Positions 41,261-49,370 of a stretch of DNA of 64,000 nt are shown piece after piece. Each line of letters begins with the position of its first letter. Positions within the stretch are counted from its first letter, which is position 1. The stretch comes from a bacterium (GTDB lineage Bacteria; Verrucomicrobiota; Kiritimatiellia; CAIVKH01): contig JAZDKY010000082.1 of the NCBI GenBank assembly GCA_043802525.1, positions 15,389-79,388 on the forward strand. The letters are read 5' to 3'. The notes beneath the pieces were generated by a model, which was not told where the DNA came from, ran no database searches, and worked only from the letters and a program-made list of their open reading frames with translations. A program made the translations under genes and the position numbers.

Positions 41261-41946
41261 AACGGGCCCTTGCCCGGCGGCGGTTTCGTCGAAACCGCCC
41301 TACCTCATTTGCGATGGGTATCCACCTATTAACATGTACTACGCGACGACGAATCCGGTGAACCAGGCGCATTCGTCAGCGACGTTTGACTTTCGTCACG
41401 AACTGGTAGGGCGTGCGGTCCCCGCCCCAGGCGGGCAAGCCCCGCGCGCCGCAGAGACGACATTCAAAACCGACCCCTACCGAAGGGCCGCGTCCATGGT
41501 GCAACCGACACGGCAAAAGTATACACAACAGGGGCTTACGGCGGTTGAGAAATGTGAGCCCAAAATTCAGGGATCTCAGGAGTTGCCCACAGATTTCACA
41601 GATGAACACGGATGAAGGGTCGAGGTCACGACGATGTCCGCGATTTCCCCCGCCTCCGCCATCCATCCGAATCTGTGAAATCTGTGGGCAACTCTTTCTT
41701 TGCCTGACCTGCGTAGCCTTGGCGAAGCGGGTTGCCTCTTGTGCCTCTTCGTGGCTATCCCATCGGCCCTGATGTTCGCCACAAAGACGCACAAGAAAGC
41801 TCCGCCCCTATGGCACTTCCGAGGCGGGTTTTAGGGGCGGCGGGATTTTGGTGCTTCTCGTGGCCAACTCTTCCTTCTTCGCCTGACCTGCGTAGCCTCG
41901 GCGAAGCGGGTTGCCTCTTGTGCCTCTTCGTGGCTATCCTTTCGGT

Positions 41947-43212
41947 ATGACCGCTCCCGATCCTTCCCTGGAAGCAAGCGCGGCCCGCGTCATCGCCGAC
42001 CTGCGCGAACTGGCCGCCCTTACCTCCGACGAAAACGGCGCCCAGCGCGTAGCCTGGGGCCCGGTCTGGCGCAAAGCCCGGCAATGGTTCGCGGGCAAGG
42101 TCAAATCCGACCTCGGCCTGACCGTCGAAACCGACTCCGCCGGCAACAACTGGGTGACCCTCCCCGGCACGTCCGATGCGACGGTCATCGTCGGCAGCCA
42201 CCTTGATTCCGTCCCGAACGGCGGCTGGCTCGACGGCTGCCTCGGCGTCCTCGCCGGACTCGAAGCCCTGCGGCGGTACAGCGAACAGAAGGACAAACCC
42301 GTCACGATGAAGCTCTGCGACTGGGCCGACGAAGAAGGCGCGCGCTTCGGCCGCAGCCTGATGGGCTCATCCGCCGCCGCCGGCAGCCTGAAACTCGACG
42401 ACATCCGGAACCTCGTCGATCGACAAGGCGTGAAGCTCCCCGACGCACTGAAGGAAAACGGCGTCGACATCGACACCATGCTGAACGCGCACAAGGAATT
42501 GAAGAAGATCAACGCCAAGGCGTACCTCGAGCTGCACATCGAACAGGGCCCGGTGCTCGAAGCGATGAACAAACCGACCGGCGTTGTGCTCGGCACCTTC
42601 GGTGTCGAACGCCACATGGTGAAATTCACCGGCCAGGCCGCCCACTCCGGATCGACCCCGATCCCGATGCGGAAAGACGCGTTCCTCGCCGCCGCGCAAT
42701 TCGCGTTGGAAGTGCGTCAAATCGGCCTGAAACACAGCAAGCCCGGCGCGAATGTCGTCTGCACGTGTGGTGTGGTGAAAGTAGAACCCTGCATCGTGAC
42801 GGCGGTGCCCGGCGTCTGCGAAATCAGCATCGACCAGCGTGCCCTACGCGCCGAGGTTCTGGCCTCGATGTTGGCAGACGCCAAAGAAGCCGCCCTACGC
42901 GCCGGGATGGACAACAACGTCAAAATGGAGTGGAAGAAAATCTGGACCATCGAGCCAAGGCCCTTCGACCCGAAGCTGATCAAACTCTGCGAAGAAGCGG
43001 TGCGGGAGATAACCGGCGACGCCCCCAAACTCCCCAGTGGTCCGCTGCACGACTCAGCGGAGATGGTGCCGGACATGCCGGTCGTGATGATGTTCGCGTA
43101 TTCAGCGAGAGGCCTGAGCCACTGCAAAGAGGAAGACACCCCGGAAAGCCATCTCAGCCTGACCACCCAAGCATTCCTCCGCCTCGCCGAAAAAACCACC
43201 TCAGCCTCCTGA
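41947..43212 (+). CDS. M20-family Zn amidohydrolase (N-carbamoyl-beta-alanine/beta-ureidopropionase-type, AmaB/allantoate amidohydrolase family)
   Basis: VIVGSHLDSVPNGGWLDGCLGVLAGLEALR, WADEEGARFG and FTGQAAHSGSTP. Start at ATG 41947 (MTAPDPSLEAS). The upstream part of ORF 41911.. is repeat DNA. Confidence 0.85.
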   Translation: MTAPDPSLEASAARVIADLRELAALTSDENGAQRVAWGPVWRKARQWFAGKVKSDLGLTVETDSAGNNWVTLPGTSDATVIVGSHLDSVPNGGWLDGCLGVLAGLEALRRYSEQKDKPVTMKLCDWADEEGARFGRSLMGSSAAAGSLKLDDIRNLVDRQGVKLPDALKENGVDIDTMLNAHKELKKINAKAYLELHIEQGPVLEAMNKPTGVVLGTFGVERHMVKFTGQAAHSGSTPIPMRKDAFLAAAQFALEVRQIGLKHSKPGANVVCTCGVVKVEPCIVTAVPGVCEISIDQRALRAEVLASMLADAKEAALRAGMDNNVKMEWKKIWTIEPRPFDPKLIKLCEEAVREITGDAPKLPSGPLHDSAEMVPDMPVVMMFAYSARGLSHCKEEDTPESHLSLTTQAFLRLAEKTTSAS

Positions 43213-43260
43213 TTATCAGGCGTTCGGTCCCGAAAATCGTGGGCAAGCAGGACGGGGGGC

Positions 43261-43372
43261 GGAATTCTAACCACGGAGGGCACGGAGGTTCGGAGGAGGT
43301 ACGCGGAGGTTTTGCCGAATTCTCCTTTCCCACCCTCCGTGAACCTCCGCGTCCTCCGTGGTTCAAAATCGG
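43261..43372. repeat. ~110-nt imperfect palindrome of the cacggagg family; left boundary of the low-GC islet
   Basis: ggaattctaaccacggagggcacggaggttcggaggaggtacgcggagg...ccctccgtgaacctccgcgtcctccgtggttcaaaatc. Confidence 0.75.
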
Positions 43373-43521
43373 AAGTCGGCGAGCCGTCCCTTCCTTCCGT
43401 GCATTCCATGCTTGCCGCGGCATGGCCTTGGGCGAAGCTGGATTTTCCGCGGTTGAATTTCCGAAACGGACATGAACGCGCCGCTATGGTCAACCCGCAC
43501 CGCATGTGTTAGCGTCCAAGC

Positions 43522-43878
43522 ATGATCCGCGATCCGAATGACGAGGAAGTTCCCTGGAAGGTGACCGAGGAGAAGGTCGCCGAAGCGGTAAAGACGATCG
43601 CGCACGCTGCAAATCCCGTTAAGATTTTTGTATTCGGGTCATATGTCCGCGGGTCTCACGGACGCAGCAGCGATCTCGACATGCTGGTTGTCCTTCGTGA
43701 AGAGCCTGGAAGTCCACGCGCCGAAAGCATTCGCCTTCGTGACGCGGTGAGCCATGTTCGGATGCCGATGGACATATTCGTTGTGTCGGATAACCGTCTG
43801 CGAGAGCTGTCTGAGCGTCCCGGCCTGATCTATCGCGAAATTCTCAGGAGCGGAAGGGTCGTTTATGCCGCCGGATAG
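43522..43878 (+). CDS. MNT-type nucleotidyltransferase (antitoxin-like partner of HEPN)
   Basis: IFVFGSYVRGSHGRSSDLDMLVV is the GS..RG...SD.D Pol-beta-fold NTase motif. 118 aa. Confidence 0.85.
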   Translation: MIRDPNDEEVPWKVTEEKVAEAVKTIAHAANPVKIFVFGSYVRGSHGRSSDLDMLVVLREEPGSPRAESIRLRDAVSHVRMPMDIFVVSDNRLRELSERPGLIYREILRSGRVVYAAG

Positions 43879-44020
43879 GCCCGATCCCGATTCAGCCAAA
43901 GAGTGGCTCGCCTATGCGGAGGGCGATCTTGCACTGGCTAAAGCCGGACGCGGACACAGAGAAAGCCTTGGCCACAGCCACCCGCGTCATTTCATGGGCT
44001 CGGAACAACACCAAGAGTGA
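43865..44020 (+). pseudogene. truncated HEPN-domain gene (51 codons)
   Basis: Own translation: MPPDRPDPDSAKEWLAYAEGDLALAKAGRGHRESLGHSHPRHFMGSEQHQE*. The start overlaps the MNT stop by 14 nt, as in MNT-HEPN operons. The helix AKEWLAYAEGDLALAKA is HEPN-like, but the ORF stops long before any R..H motif. It is below the ORF-track length cut-off. Confidence 0.45.
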
Positions 44021-44283
44021 AAAGTAAAAGTGCGACCCCCTACGACCCGGGGAGCACATCTCCCGCTTGGTGATCTTCGGAACCTTGCCCGACACCCGCC
44101 GCCGCAAGCCCTTGTCCATGCGAGTTTTAGGGCTTAACTAAGCGCCATTCAGACCTGACCCGAATAGCGTACGGCCTGCAAGCGGTCGGAATTGGTTGTT
44201 TCTCAGTGCAACTTTTTGGTGCTACGATGCGCTCACGGTCCGACCCGAATGATGCTAACGTTCGGCACACGAAGGCACAGAAT

Positions 44284-44865
44284 ATGTCAAAGATAATTCA
44301 CTTGTGGACTACTCTTCTTTTGCATTTGCCTGTGTTCCTGAGCAGCGATGTGAAAGCGGATGAATATTTGTGTCAAACAACCACTCCAATCTACGATACG
44401 AACAATCGAATCGTTGGCTCAATCGAGTCTGGAGCTGTCATAAGAGCCACGCGCAACCGATCAATGCCGGGCAAATGGCTGTTACTTGATGATGCTGAGA
44501 GCGCAACGTATGTAGATGGTGAGCGTTTTATCACAACCGAGCAAATGGAGGCACAACTCCAGAAACAATTGATCATACCTCACGTGAGATCTTGGGACCC
44601 AATTCACGGGAAAAAGTTCAGCGCGAAATTGATTGGCACAGCATACGGGCAAGTCCTCTTGCAGGATAAAGGAGGAGACTACCGGATGATGTCCTTCGGG
44701 AAGTTTCGAAAATGGGACCAGGACTACATCAACCGGTACCAAGAGCAGCTTTCCGAAGAGCAGCAAGCCGAAGTGATTAACCACATTGTTTTTCTGGAGC
44801 AGAAGCGAAAGAATCAAGAACTAGAGGCGCTTCGCGGTGAAGTCGACCGACTCAAACGCCCATAA
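44284..44865 (+). CDS. secreted SHD1-domain protein with C-terminal coiled coil
   Basis: ATG 44284 gives MSKIIHLWTTLLLHLPVFLSSDVKA (signal peptide). RSWDPIHGKKFSAKLIGTAYGQVLLQDKGGDYRMMSFGKFRKWDQDYINRY fits the SLA1-homology-domain-1 pattern (R.W.D..G..f.A.l.g...g.V.L...). Confidence 0.6.
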   Translation: MSKIIHLWTTLLLHLPVFLSSDVKADEYLCQTTTPIYDTNNRIVGSIESGAVIRATRNRSMPGKWLLLDDAESATYVDGERFITTEQMEAQLQKQLIIPHVRSWDPIHGKKFSAKLIGTAYGQVLLQDKGGDYRMMSFGKFRKWDQDYINRYQEQLSEEQQAEVINHIVFLEQKRKNQELEALRGEVDRLKRP

Positions 44866-45000
44866 ATACCATGCCACGATAGAACCGACTTGGGAGCATC
44901 GTGTGCCGAACAACCATGAGATTGCAGTACGGCGTATCTGGCTCGGTTTCAGACATGAACATCAGACGCCGCCTGTGAAGCTGGTCGTGCGGCCTACAAG

Positions 45001-45717
45001 ATGAAGAATGATGTCATAAAATCTCTGGCTTACTACATAGAGGCAGTACAGACATTTGCCTCGTATGAGCGCGATATCCTCTTTCGCGGACAGAACGTAG
45101 ACAAGCCTCTTCTGCCAAGAATAGCGCGATACAGACGCCCTCAATATTCGCTCAAAGGCGAAAGACGTTTGATCGAGGAGTTTTCTCGAAAAAGCGTTGG
45201 ATTAGTGGAACCAATGGTGCGCGACAAATGGGACTGGTTGGCACTGGCACAGCATCACGGATTACCCACACGGCTCCTCGACTGGACACAAAATGCTTTG
45301 GCAGCTCTCTGGTTCGCAATCCAACGCCCGATAGATACTGGCTTTTCACCCGTCGTTTGGATGTTCATGCCTCGACCTGATGCCTGTGTCGACCTGAGCA
45401 CGGTGCCAGACCCTTTCTTGGGCAACCGGACGATGATATACAGACCACGCCACTCGACACGAAGAATAACGGCTCAAGCGGGGCTGTTCACTGTTCACAA
45501 ATACATTGAAGACGAAAAACGATTCATCGTTCTTGAGAATCAAAAGCGATACAGGGGTCGGCTAAAGCGACACAGGATTGACAAAGCATACGCGAGGGGC
45601 CCGCTTCCAATGGAGCTCGACAGATGTGGGATAAACGCATCGATGCTGTTTCCTGATCTCGATGGATTAAGCTCATACCTGGAGTGGGAGTACACGCAGG
45701 TAGACAAGTACAGGTAG
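45001..45717 (+). CDS. FRG-domain protein (function unknown)
   Basis: ILFRGQNVDKPLLPRI plus WDWLALAQHHGLPTRLLDWTQNALAALWFA plus RITAQAGLFTV plus GINASMLFPDLDGL are the signature blocks of the FRG domain (PF08867). Confidence 0.8.
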   Translation: MKNDVIKSLAYYIEAVQTFASYERDILFRGQNVDKPLLPRIARYRRPQYSLKGERRLIEEFSRKSVGLVEPMVRDKWDWLALAQHHGLPTRLLDWTQNALAALWFAIQRPIDTGFSPVVWMFMPRPDACVDLSTVPDPFLGNRTMIYRPRHSTRRITAQAGLFTVHKYIEDEKRFIVLENQKRYRGRLKRHRIDKAYARGPLPMELDRCGINASMLFPDLDGLSSYLEWEYTQVDKYR

Positions 45718-45812
45718 GCCGAGCTTGCAGAGGACTGGGTCACTCGGGCAGGCTTCCCACACATGGTCGAAACCCCAGCTTCTGAAGCTCGGCGTCGGTC
45801 GCGGAGCAATTA

Positions 45813-46331
45813 ATGATTCATATAATCGGTCTCAATCATCGATATCAGTTTGAAGGCCCCGGAAATGATTGGGAGACGTTTTACGCTTTCCTTACACAGC
45901 ACGCCCTCACCCTTCACCCTGACCTACTTGCTGAGGAGCTCGACGAGGAATGCATTCTTAATGACGGTGCGCGAAACTCTGTGGCGCGAAGAGTGGCAAC
46001 AGAACAGGCCGCTCGGCATCTGTTTGTCGATCCTGACACGGAGGAAAGACGCCGTTGCGGCATCAAGGGATATCGGGAAATAGCTCTCGATCTAGGATAT
46101 GGATGTGTCTTGACTCGCGAACAGGACGCGCATGTAAAGAAAATTGAAAAACGCCACTGGGACAAACGCGAACGAATCTGGCTAGCAAGGCTTGCACTTG
46201 TCCGCCATGACCGATGCATCATGATCATAGGCGCAAATCATGTTGCCAGGTTCAGTCGCAAGTTGAGCCGACTCAGTATCGCCTCATTGATACTGGAGTC
46301 TGATTTTGGCACATCGCCGCTCAAGTCATGA
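45813..46331 (+). CDS. TraB/PrgY/TIKI-like (EreA/ChaN superfamily) protein, minimal 172-aa form
   Basis: N-terminal HIIGLNH (GxxH-like), LLAEELDEE (acidic strand), WDKRERIWLARL (RE(R/D)..M..L-like) and IMIIGANHVARF (second GxxH) follow the motif order of the TraB/TIKI fold. Assignment by motif only. Confidence 0.55.
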   Translation: MIHIIGLNHRYQFEGPGNDWETFYAFLTQHALTLHPDLLAEELDEECILNDGARNSVARRVATEQAARHLFVDPDTEERRRCGIKGYREIALDLGYGCVLTREQDAHVKKIEKRHWDKRERIWLARLALVRHDRCIMIIGANHVARFSRKLSRLSIASLILESDFGTSPLKS

Positions 46332-46396
46332 ACTTTGTCCGTCCGCGTGTCCGTCCGGGGTCTCCGTCCGGGGTCGGACCTCGCTAAGTCACTGAA

Positions 46397-46615
46397 GTGC
46401 AATCGATAAGGCTCTGTTTCGGCGCCGAAAATGCGGACATGGGTCGATTTCCGGGGCCGAAAAAGAGGTGTAACGGCCGGCGGCAGGACAGGAAGGAGCG
46501 CGATGCGTTCGTGGACGAGGTCATGCAGGCGTCCGGCATCCCCATCCTCCACTTCCCCGCCAGCCGCGCGTACACCGTCGAGATCGCTCGTAAGGCGCTG
46601 TTCGCGGAATCCTGA
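46397..46615 (+). pseudogene. C-terminal fragment of a DUF2726-like (restriction-endonuclease-fold) gene
   Basis: ...RRQDRKERDAFVDEVMQASGIPILHFPASRAYTVEIARKALF resembles the conserved DUF2726 C-terminus (RD.FV...L..AGIPLLRF). No upstream catalytic part is present. Confidence 0.35.
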
Positions 46616-46617
46616 GG

Positions 46618-46713
46618 GGAATTCTAACCGCAGAGGTCGCCGAGGTACGCAGAGGTTCTGTCCTGATTCCATCCCACCCTCCGCGTACCTCCGCGACCTC
46701 CGTGGTTCGAATC
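46618..46713. repeat. ~95-nt imperfect palindrome of the cacggagg family; right boundary of the low-GC islet, same orientation as 43261-43372
   Basis: ggaattctaaccgcagaggtcgccgaggtacgcagagg...ccctccgcgtacctccgcgacctccgtggttcgaatc. Confidence 0.75.
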
Positions 46714-46733
46714 CGCTCTTTCTGCATCCGGGC

Positions 46734-46764
46734 ACAAAAAATGCGCCCCGATTTCTCGGGGCGC
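46734..46764 (-). terminator. rho-independent terminator of RRM gene 1
   Basis: 9-bp stem gcgccccga/tcggggcgc with a 4-nt loop, followed on the minus strand by a T6 run (plus-strand A-run 46736-46741). It lies 27 nt after the stop codon. Confidence 0.8.
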
Positions 46765-46790
46765 AGATCCTTTACAGCTGCAGGGTCGGT

Positions 46791-47129
46791 CTAGTACCGA
46801 TCGCGCTTGCCGCCGCCGTAACCGCCACCGCCGCCACCACCACCACCACCACCGAAGCCGCCACCGCTGCGGGGGCGCTCTTCACGGGGTTTGGCTTCGT
46901 TGACCGTCAGGGCGCGACCGTCGAGGTCCTTGCCGTGCAGATCCGCGATCGCCTTCGTCGCGTCTTCCTGGCTCGTCATTTCCACGAACGCGAAGCCGCG
47001 GGAGTTACCCGTCATCTTGTCCGTGATCAGACTGCAACTGCCGACGGGACCGAGTCCCTCGAACAGCTTGCGGACGTCGCCTTCGGTCGTGTTGAACGAC
47101 AGATTGCCTACATATAGTTTCGTTGCCAT
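46791..47129 (-). CDS. glycine-rich RNA-binding protein (single RRM)
   Basis: MATKLYVGNLSFNTTEGDV...RGFAFVEM carries RNP-2 (LYVGNL) and RNP-1 (RGFAFVEM). The tail is GGGFGGGGGGGGGGGYGGG. Confidence 0.92.
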   Translation of the reverse strand: MATKLYVGNLSFNTTEGDVRKLFEGLGPVGSCSLITDKMTGNSRGFAFVEMTSQEDATKAIADLHGKDLDGRALTVNEAKPREERPRSGGGFGGGGGGGGGGGYGGGKRDRY

Positions 47130-47265
47130 GGTTTTTCTTCTTCTTTCGCGCTGCGGGGGAGGTTTCGGTGACTGTTCCCGAGATATTCGGGTTTAGAATC
47201 GTCACCGATCCACAGAGGCGGACCACTGACAATCTTCCATCTCACTATCTGCACTCACTCGTCTA
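47130..47265 (-). promoter_or_regulatory. conserved structured 5' leader of RRM gene 1
   Basis: Aligns with 50468-50605: gctgcggggg.agg; ggtgactgt.cccga....ttcggg..tag.atc.tcacc (nested stems ggtga/tcacc and cccga/tcggg); ccactgacaatc.tccatctcac; ctcactcgt.tagca. Confidence 0.55.
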
Positions 47266-47613
47266 GCAGGTGGCGAAGGTAGCAGGATGCCGGGAAATAG
47301 CAACAAGCCTTTCGCGGGGCGGAAACCGCGCCATCTTTCTGCCAAGGCCCACGGGCAGGGCAGTGGCGCCTTTTGAAATTGCTGCTCCAACTTGGTAGGG
47401 CGCGACGCCCGCCTGCAACGCTATACCCGCTCGCAACGCATGCGCGTAGCGCTTCGGGCGAGCGTAGCATTGAGGGCAGATCCCGGTCGCGCCGCGGCAG
47501 GGCGGGACGCCCAGCCCTACCCTTGGGAGAGGCCATTTCAAAAGGGACCACTGCCCCAGTTCCCCGAAGGAATTGAGTCGTCGCGGCGGCGCATTGCGGC
47601 TACACCATGCGGG

Positions 47614-49359
47614 ATGAGTACGTTTTCTGAATTTGGGTTGGCGCCGGCGTTGTTGAAGGGCGTGGTGGAATTGGGGTTTGCGACGCCGACGCCGGTGCAG
47701 GCGAAGGTGATTCCGCTCCTTCTCAAGGGCGCGCGGGACGTGGTCGCACTGGCGCAGACGGGGACGGGGAAGACCGCGGCGTTCGGGTTGCCGCTCCTGC
47801 AATTGACCGACCCGCACAAGGCGGAGATCCAGGCGTTGATCCTTTGTCCGACGCGTGAGCTGTGCCTGCAGATTTCCAAGGACCTGTCGGACTACGGAAG
47901 ATTCGCGCCGCATCTCCGCATCCTCGCCGTGTACGGCGGCACGCCGATCCATTCCCAGATGCATGAGCTGCGGCGCGGCGTCCACATCCTCGTGGCCACG
48001 CCGGGGCGGTTGAACGATTTGCTCCGGCGCAACAGCGCCAGGCTCGACCGGGTGCAGCGCGTGGTGCTCGACGAGGCCGACGAAATGCTGAACATGGGGT
48101 TCCAAGAGGAACTGGAATCCATCTTGAAGGTGGTGCCCGAACAGGCGTGCACGCTGCTTTTCTCAGCGACCATGCCCACGCAAGTGGCGGCGATGGCCGG
48201 CAAGTACCTGCACGATCCGGAGGAGATCATCCTCGGCACGCGCAACGCCGTGGCAGATAACGTGGCACACGAGTGCTACACCGTCCACGCGCGCGACCGC
48301 TACCAGGCCCTCAAGCGCATCATCGATGCACAGCCCGGTTTCTACGGCATCGTGTTCTGCCGCACGCGCGCGGAGACACAGGAGGTGGCCCAGCGGCTGT
48401 CCGGGGACGGCTACAACTCGGATACGTTGCACGGCGACCTCTCGCAGGACCAGCGCGACCGTGTGATGAAACGGTTCCGCGTACGGAACATCCAGATCCT
48501 CGTGGCCACCGATGTGGCCGCGCGCGGGCTGGACGTCGACGACCTGACACACGTGGTGAACTACGACCTGCCCGGCGATCCCGACGTCTACACGCACCGC
48601 AGCGGCCGCACCGGCCGCGCCGGCAAAGCGGGCGTTTCCATCGTGCTCGTGCACATGCGCGAGGATTACAAGGTCCGCGCTATCGAGCGGATCATGAACA
48701 AGCGTTTCGTCCACAAGGAAGTGCCGAGCGGCGACCAGGTCTGCGAAGCGCAATTGGTGGCCCTGCTGGAGCGCATCAAGAAGATGGACGTACCGGACAA
48801 GCAGCTCGACGCCTTCCTGCCGAAGATCCACGAAGTGCTGGCCGACCTGTCGCGCGAAGACATCATCAAGCGCATCGCGCTGCGCGAACTGGCCCCGTTC
48901 CTCGCCTACTACAAGAAGGCGCCCGACTTGAATGTGCCGCACCAGTCCGACCGGCCCGAGCAACAGCCCCAGAAAAGACGAGACCGGTCCGCGGCACACC
49001 GGGAACAGACACGCCCGGTGGGCGAACCGCTGGCGGGATCCGCGGTCAGATTGCGCGTCAACCTCGGCACGAAAAACGCACTCACTCCGCCGCTGCTTAT
49101 CTCTCTAATCAATCGCGCGACGCCCGGCCCCATGCTGCGCCTTGGCCGCATTCGCATCCTGGAGCGGGACAGTGTGTTCGAAGTGGCGCCCGAAGCTGCG
49201 GAGATCCTTCTGCCGAACCTCAACAACGCCGAGTTCCACGGCCGGAAGGTTCAGGCGGTGATCGAGCAAGACAGCACCCACGGCATGGGTCGCGGTCATG
49301 GCCGTCCGCCGGACAGACGGAGTTTTCACCGCGGAGGCCACAGAGGTTCGCAGAGGTAA
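47614..49359 (+). CDS. DEAD-box RNA helicase with DbpA-type C-terminal RNA-binding domain (DeaD/CsdA-like)
   Basis: ATG 47614 gives MSTFSEFGLAPALLKGV. Motifs AQTGTGKT, PTRELC, VLDEADEML, SAT and HRSGRTGRAG. C-terminal VRLRVNLGTKNALTPPLLISLI...RILERDSVFEV. Confidence 0.92.
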   Translation: MSTFSEFGLAPALLKGVVELGFATPTPVQAKVIPLLLKGARDVVALAQTGTGKTAAFGLPLLQLTDPHKAEIQALILCPTRELCLQISKDLSDYGRFAPHLRILAVYGGTPIHSQMHELRRGVHILVATPGRLNDLLRRNSARLDRVQRVVLDEADEMLNMGFQEELESILKVVPEQACTLLFSATMPTQVAAMAGKYLHDPEEIILGTRNAVADNVAHECYTVHARDRYQALKRIIDAQPGFYGIVFCRTRAETQEVAQRLSGDGYNSDTLHGDLSQDQRDRVMKRFRVRNIQILVATDVAARGLDVDDLTHVVNYDLPGDPDVYTHRSGRTGRAGKAGVSIVLVHMREDYKVRAIERIMNKRFVHKEVPSGDQVCEAQLVALLERIKKMDVPDKQLDAFLPKIHEVLADLSREDIIKRIALRELAPFLAYYKKAPDLNVPHQSDRPEQQPQKRRDRSAAHREQTRPVGEPLAGSAVRLRVNLGTKNALTPPLLISLINRATPGPMLRLGRIRILERDSVFEVAPEAAEILLPNLNNAEFHGRKVQAVIEQDSTHGMGRGHGRPPDRRSFHRGGHRGSQR

Positions 49360-49370
49360 GAGGGCCGACG

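Noticed and set aside
43892-44119. 75-aa minus-strand ORF (MDKGLRRRVSGKVPKITKRE...) as a possible transposase N-terminal remnant
   Set aside because: It offers only a short basic stretch with no DDE or HTH motif that I can support.
46695-46713. tRNA-like GGTTCGAATCC (T-loop consensus) at the islet boundary, suggestive of a tRNA-derived att site
   Set aside because: The flanking bases do not form a T-stem or acceptor stem (cgtgg versus ccgct). The sister copy at 43360 reads ggttcaaaatc, and no integrase is nearby. The motif belongs to the hairpin repeat.
47263-48105. 280-aa minus-strand ORF, plus ORFs 48163..48999(-) and 48273..49778(+)
   Set aside because: They are opposite to, or out of frame with, the DEAD-box helicase, which shows all the helicase motifs in its own frame.
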